Shown here piece by piece: positions 59,345 to 64,000 of a DNA stretch of 64,000 nt. The stretch is taken from the IMG/VR virus record IMGVR_UViG_3300045988_137242; one strand, written 5' to 3'. The notes below the pieces were generated by a model. It did no database searches. It saw only the letters and a program-made list of their open reading frames with translations, and was not told the DNA's origin. Each line of letters begins with the position of its first letter. The first letter of the stretch is position 1. This stretch comes from a virus. The position numbers and the translations under genes were made by a program.

Positions 59345-61360
59345 ATGGTAAAGTCGAGATTACTGACACTAAGCCGTGTGATGCCTCGTCATAACAGCTA
59401 CGACTCCGTGAAAGCCCGCAAGAGCCGTCAGGAGCACGGCAGAGACTGGGAGCTACGTTGCCGTTGCTATAACGCATGGAGCAATCTCAGCGGAGTGCGA
59501 GAGACGAGGGCGAGGACGATGCGCTACTGCACAGGCGACCAATGGAGCGATACGGTGAGAGTGTACCGCCACGGCTATTGGCAAGAGATGAGCGAACGGG
59601 AGTATATGGAGAAGCGGAACCAGACCCCGATGAGCAACAACATAATGGTAAGCATCTTGGAAAGCATAACAGGACTATATGCCAAGCAAGGCACCGAACC
59701 TGTATGCTTTGCGAGAGACAACGACTCCCGACAGCTCAGCGACATGATGAGTGCGACGATGCAATGCAACTGGCAGACCACCGAGATGCAAGACATGCTG
59801 AACCATGCGATAAAAGACTATCTGCAAGGAGGGCAGATGTTCGTAAGAGAAAGTTGGGAAGACAAAGAGTTAGAGATGCCTGATTCGTGGACCGAGCTGA
59901 TGGAGCCCGATCACATGTTCTTCGAGTGTGGCAGCGACCCACGGCACAACGATATAAGTCTGATAGGCGTTCTGCATGACGTAAGCCGGGAAGACCTATA
60001 CAAGAAATTCGCAAGAGCAGAATACAATCTGACGATAGCCGACCTTGACAGCATCTTCGACATAAACCAGACAGACGACAGCAGTGAAGGTTACGAGTTC
60101 AACGAAGAGAAGCAGCTTGAAAACCTCAGCTTCGACTACTCCAACAAAGGCAGACACTATGCGAGAGTAATCGAAGTGTGGACCACTGAGACCAAGGCAA
60201 GACTACAATGTTTCGACCCGATAGCGACGAGCGGCACGAAAGCCTACTTCCGCATAGACATGGACGATACGGCGATGATAGCGAAGCTTCGTAGCGACAA
60301 CGAGAAGCGCAAGCAGCAGTATGACGAGGCAGGAGTGCCCGAAGACGAGCGAGCATACATCAAGAGTTGGGAGATAGCCGACAAATACTGGTATTACACC
60401 TATATGGCACCCGACGGAACGGTGCTATGCCAAGGTGAGACCCCCTATGACTACAAGAGCCATCCGTTTACGATGAAGCTGTATCCATATATCAACGGCG
60501 AGATACACCCGTTTATGGCGAACGTGATAGACCAACAGCGGTATATCAACAGACTGATAGTAATGAACGACATGGCGATAAGAAGCAGCTTCAAGGGTTT
60601 CAAGATGATACCGACCACCGTGTTGGGCAATATGACCCCGGAGCAGTTTATGGAAAATGCCATAGAATACGACGGATGGATATTCTATACGCCGAAGAAG
60701 ACCATGCCGAACGTAAGACCAGAGATAATAACCTCGAATGCGGTGAATATCGGCACCAACGAACTACTGCAGATAGAGCTGAATCTGATAAGAGAAGTGA
60801 GCAATGTGAGCGGAGCCCTGCAAGGCAAGACCCCTTCGGCAGGAACGTCAGCCGCACGCTATGCGCAGGAAAGCCAGAACGCCACCACTTCGCTGTACAC
60901 CATCCTTTCAGACATGGACGTGTTCACCGAGAAGCTTGCCACCAAGAAGTGCATGACGATCCAGCAGTTCTATGAAGACGGCAGGAAGGTATACGACAGG
61001 AACTTCAACAAGGTATACAAATACGACAGGTTGTCGGCGAGAGACATACACTTCAAGATAAGCATCAAGAACGCCGCTGCCACCGCCACCTACAACACCA
61101 TGCAGAACGACACCCTTGACAAGCTGTTGGAGATGGGCGGCATAAACATCGTGCAGTATCTGCAGAACCTCAATGCCCCATTTGCCGACAAGCTGTTGGC
61201 AAGCGTACAGGAGCAGCAGGCGCAGCTCGAACAGATGTATGCACAGCAGCAACAGATGGCGCAGCAGCAAGGCGGAGGACAGGTAGACGAGAATGGCATT
61301 GTGCAGGGAGCCGACCAAGGAGCCGTGCAGCAGTTCTTCAATAACAATCAAGCAGCATAA
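59345..61360 (+). CDS. portal protein candidate (671 aa)
   Basis: Apart from the giant protein, this is the largest ORF in the window and sits in the head module. Divergent from scaffold/capsid. Q-rich C-terminal tail. Confidence 0.5.
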   Translation: MVKSRLLTLSRVMPRHNSYDSVKARKSRQEHGRDWELRCRCYNAWSNLSGVRETRARTMRYCTGDQWSDTVRVYRHGYWQEMSEREYMEKRNQTPMSNNIMVSILESITGLYAKQGTEPVCFARDNDSRQLSDMMSATMQCNWQTTEMQDMLNHAIKDYLQGGQMFVRESWEDKELEMPDSWTELMEPDHMFFECGSDPRHNDISLIGVLHDVSREDLYKKFARAEYNLTIADLDSIFDINQTDDSSEGYEFNEEKQLENLSFDYSNKGRHYARVIEVWTTETKARLQCFDPIATSGTKAYFRIDMDDTAMIAKLRSDNEKRKQQYDEAGVPEDERAYIKSWEIADKYWYYTYMAPDGTVLCQGETPYDYKSHPFTMKLYPYINGEIHPFMANVIDQQRYINRLIVMNDMAIRSSFKGFKMIPTTVLGNMTPEQFMENAIEYDGWIFYTPKKTMPNVRPEIITSNAVNIGTNELLQIELNLIREVSNVSGALQGKTPSAGTSAARYAQESQNATTSLYTILSDMDVFTEKLATKKCMTIQQFYEDGRKVYDRNFNKVYKYDRLSARDIHFKISIKNAAATATYNTMQNDTLDKLLEMGGINIVQYLQNLNAPFADKLLASVQEQQAQLEQMYAQQQQMAQQQGGGQVDENGIVQGADQGAVQQFFNNNQAA

Positions 61361-61363
61361 GGT

Positions 61364-61858
61364 ATGGCAGAGACAAGACAGATAACCGTCAAGTATGACG
61401 ACATAAAGAAGAGGGTGAAGACGCAGATGTCCATAATCGGCAAGAGGCTCACCGACACCCAAGGACACATACTATTTACAGGAGTGACCCTATCCTCAGC
61501 CGAAGAAAGCGTATTGAAGCAATACACGAAAGATGCCGTATACGTATTTTCTGGACAGTTATCCCCCCATGTGGATGCCGTGACCGACACCGAAATCAAC
61601 GTAGCCTTCCTTATCAATGACACAAGAATCAACGACTTCAAGGCACAGCTGTTTGAAGAGAATTTCAGAAGCTACGTGGCGGCATACGTGGCATACGACA
61701 TACTGACCATCAACCGGCTCGACATAGCCAAGAAATATGCCGAGGACATGGCGAACCACGTAAATGCAGCCTTACAGCTACTGTGTACGGCAGATGCGCC
61801 AGAAGCGAGCGGCAAGACGCTATTGGACATGAAGGGCGAAGTGACATTAGAAGAGTGA
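61364..61858 (+). CDS. head-completion/adaptor candidate (164 aa)
   Basis: Starts 4 nt after the portal stop. Aromatic helix FRSYVAAYVAYDIL. Confidence 0.35.
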   Translation: MAETRQITVKYDDIKKRVKTQMSIIGKRLTDTQGHILFTGVTLSSAEESVLKQYTKDAVYVFSGQLSPHVDAVTDTEINVAFLINDTRINDFKAQLFEENFRSYVAAYVAYDILTINRLDIAKKYAEDMANHVNAALQLLCTADAPEASGKTLLDMKGEVTLEE

Positions 61859-61883
61859 AACGAAAAAGAGAGGAGAAGAAGAT

Positions 61884-62675
61884 ATGATAATAAGATTCCA
61901 GATAGTGAAGTCGACAGTGATAGAAGCCGTGAAGAACGCCACCTATATGAAGGCGAGAATAGACAGCGCAGCCGACGAGAAAGCGACAAAGATGAGTCTG
62001 CAAGAAACGGCAGGTACCGAAGACGTACACGACAGGACACTGACCCATGACTTCAGGACAGCCCTTGAAGTGGTGAAGACCATCCTTGTAGACTACATAG
62101 TGCCAACGGCGCAGACGATAGGCGACAACGTAATCTTCTACAACGAGAAAGACGACGATGTGGTAGACTTCACGCTTGACGTGTCAAGACGTTACAACGG
62201 AACGCTCACCGACACCTTGGCGAGGATGACAGCCAAATACGTAGAAGACTACATGATGTACCAATGGTGGTTGAAGACCAGCAACCAGAAGCAAGCCGAG
62301 CCATACCAAGCCTTCCTTGTGTTTGACGAGCAGAACATAAGACGCTGCTTTGTGCTGAGTGGGCCGAAAGTGCCCACTGTGCCCTACACACAGAGCTTGA
62401 CAGCCAAAGTAGACGGTAGCGAAAGCGATGGCGGCGTGACGATAGCCTTGGACGATGAAGACGTGACGCTATCATACACCATAGATGCCGGAGCCATAGA
62501 TGACATAGAAGCAAGAAGCAGCGACCCGGAGATAATGGAAGTGCACCGAGACCGGGATCCACACTGTTTCCGTCTGAAAGCAAAGAACACAGGAGTAGTG
62601 ACCATAACGCTGTTCTCGCGGCATAGCGACAAGATAGAAACAGAAGTAGAGATAACGATAGCAAAGGAGGTGTGA
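61884..62675 (+). CDS. structural protein with a C-terminal Ig-like (Big_2-like) domain (263 aa)
   Basis: The C-terminal LSYTIDAGAIDDIEARSSDPEIMEV...FRLKAKNTGVVTITLFSRHSDKIETEVEITI has a beta-sandwich pattern. Confidence 0.4.
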   Translation: MIIRFQIVKSTVIEAVKNATYMKARIDSAADEKATKMSLQETAGTEDVHDRTLTHDFRTALEVVKTILVDYIVPTAQTIGDNVIFYNEKDDDVVDFTLDVSRRYNGTLTDTLARMTAKYVEDYMMYQWWLKTSNQKQAEPYQAFLVFDEQNIRRCFVLSGPKVPTVPYTQSLTAKVDGSESDGGVTIALDDEDVTLSYTIDAGAIDDIEARSSDPEIMEVHRDRDPHCFRLKAKNTGVVTITLFSRHSDKIETEVEITIAKEV

Positions 62676-62676
62676 C

Positions 62677-63285
62677 ATGGAATTCAACGCATTACATCCC
62701 GAACACTACGACAGAGAACGAGGTTGGAAAGACAGTCCCAACCCTTTTGACGTGCGCAAGAAAGTTGCAGGACACACATATACCGACAAGAGGATCTTCA
62801 TCTACGCCACACAGCTATGGTATGACATAGACGGAACGACCATGATGGTTGGCAGGGCGAGACGAGGCAACCAGACCAATCAGGAAGAAGAGATACCGAC
62901 GAGCGAGAACGACAGCGAGCGTCCAATCTTCTACCGGTGGTTTGACAAATACATATCAAAGGCAGAAGGCATACTGTCATCATACGTGATGAAGCCCGAA
63001 GGCAAGGTAAGAGACAACGCCTTGAAAGAATGGGACGAGAAAGAGATATGGCTAAGGATGCCCGACTGCTGGGACGATACCCGTTATGACGCATTAGTGC
63101 AGGCAATACACGACTACATATCTACAGGAGCATTGTATGAATATTTCCTGCTGAAGCTGACAAGCCGAGACCCATTGACGGTAGACAAGTACAGTCAGCT
63201 TGAAGATGCCGAATTAGAGATAACCGACAATGCCAACGCCATGAAGCCCGGTGGCATGATACACACACTAAAGCCATTCGGATAA
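62677..63285 (+). CDS. hypothetical structural protein (202 aa)
   Basis: Track ORF, 2 nt after the upstream stop. Confidence 0.45.
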   Translation: MEFNALHPEHYDRERGWKDSPNPFDVRKKVAGHTYTDKRIFIYATQLWYDIDGTTMMVGRARRGNQTNQEEEIPTSENDSERPIFYRWFDKYISKAEGILSSYVMKPEGKVRDNALKEWDEKEIWLRMPDCWDDTRYDALVQAIHDYISTGALYEYFLLKLTSRDPLTVDKYSQLEDAELEITDNANAMKPGGMIHTLKPFG

Positions 63286-63288
63286 GCC

Positions 63289-63687
63289 ATGGGAGATTTT
63301 GACGACGTGAAGAGCGTGAGGGAGATAATGCAGGAGAAGAGGGCAAAAGCCAAGACCATACTCCCGGTGAAGAAAAGCGCACAGAAAGAGTTCCTGAGAG
63401 ATTTCTTGGCAAGAAACCAGGAGAAGTTTGAGAGTTGCATGAACGAGCTTGCGGAATACGACCCGAAGACCTACGTGACGGTATACAAAGACCTCATGAA
63501 GCACATGATACCAAAGCAGAGCGAGGTGAGCGTGACGCACGGACTGGATGAAGACTTCAAGCAACTTGCGGCATTGAGCTTGACGAAGGTAAAAGAAGGC
63601 AACGAGCTTGACGTGTCAAGAGTAGAGCAGATACAGGATGCTGATTACGAAGAACTAAACGATTTGGCAAATGGCACACGTGACTGA
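63289..63687 (+). CDS. hypothetical protein (132 aa), possible small terminase by position only
   Basis: Track ORF. K/E-rich N-terminus. No motif recognised. Confidence 0.3.
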   Translation: MGDFDDVKSVREIMQEKRAKAKTILPVKKSAQKEFLRDFLARNQEKFESCMNELAEYDPKTYVTVYKDLMKHMIPKQSEVSVTHGLDEDFKQLAALSLTKVKEGNELDVSRVEQIQDADYEELNDLANGTRD

Positions 63688-64000
63688 AAGAGAGATAGAA
63701 GATCTCGTGGCAGAGAACAGACGGAGGTACGACGAGATATACGGAACGTATGACCCTTGGACTGGAGAGAACTGCTACGACTTCGAGAACAGGGAGCTGA
63801 TGGAGCTTCCTGACTTTCTGATAAAGAAGATGTGGGTGCCGAAAGAATGTATGCGCACCCTGCTGTACCGCCAGTTGAAACTCGTAGGCAGTCTGAGAGA
63901 GTTCATCATACGAGTATGGAAGAAGCCATACGAAGAAGGCGAGTACTACACACAACGGTATGTAGCCCTGCTGACCTTCGAGATAATGAAAGTAAGATTT
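63671..64000 (+). CDS. partial CDS running off the window (110 codons), possible large terminase by position only
   Basis: My own translation gives MAHVTEREIEDLVAENRRRYDEIYGTYDPWTGENCYDFENRELMELPDF... with no stop to the window end. It overlaps the upstream gene by 17 nt. Confidence 0.45.
   Translation, partial: MAHVTEREIEDLVAENRRRYDEIYGTYDPWTGENCYDFENRELMELPDFLIKKMWVPKECMRTLLYRQLKLVGSLREFIIRVWKKPYEEGEYYTQRYVALLTFEIMKVRF

Overview
The window is almost entirely phage sequence: a temperate, Bacteroidota-type phage or prophage-like genome. Host assignment is an inference from four things: repeated matches to the Bacteroides -7 promoter consensus TAnnTTTG, many lipobox signal peptides, PcfJ/PcfK-like genes, and a Bacteroides-style tyrosine integrase. 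No rRNA, CRISPR array or IS transposase was seen.

Layout:
(1) 1-15.7 kb, minus strand. A tightly packed early operon with a duplicated small-gene cassette, a GNAT, Zn-finger proteins, and a recombination module (Rad50/SbcC-like ATPase, RecT, MBL-fold hydrolase). It also carries KilA-N, dUTPase, Rha/KilAC antirepressor and NinG.
(2) 15.7-19.8 kb. A GC-rich RNA-like island ending in a 74-nt tRNA-like fold, a Cro-like/CI-like divergent switch, a candidate attP, and the integrase.
(3) 19.8-26.3 kb, minus strand. An operon resembling conjugative-transposon accessory regions (PcfJ-like, PcfK-like, a stand-alone MutS mismatch-binding domain). It has its own operator array and is followed by an XRE regulator plus a lipoprotein.
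(4) 28.1-49.5 kb, plus strand. Low-complexity putative internal virion proteins surrounding one uninterrupted 5,196-codon ORF. That ORF combines a zincin motif, an SNF2/DExH-like helicase, an N6-adenine methyltransferase, a second zincin-like motif and hydrophobic segments.
(5) Two moron-like islands encoding Cys-motif lipoproteins.
(6) 50.3-59.2 kb, minus strand. Fibre-like proteins, connector candidates, major capsid and scaffold.
(7) 59.3-64 kb, plus strand. Portal and head-completion/packaging candidates.

The integrase lies in the middle of phage genes. The window therefore looks like a circular or episomal representation, or the att site is internal to it.

All functional calls rest on motifs read by eye and recalled family signatures; no database search was possible. 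No endolysin, tape measure, tail tube or sheath was recognised. About half of the CDS are hypothetical.
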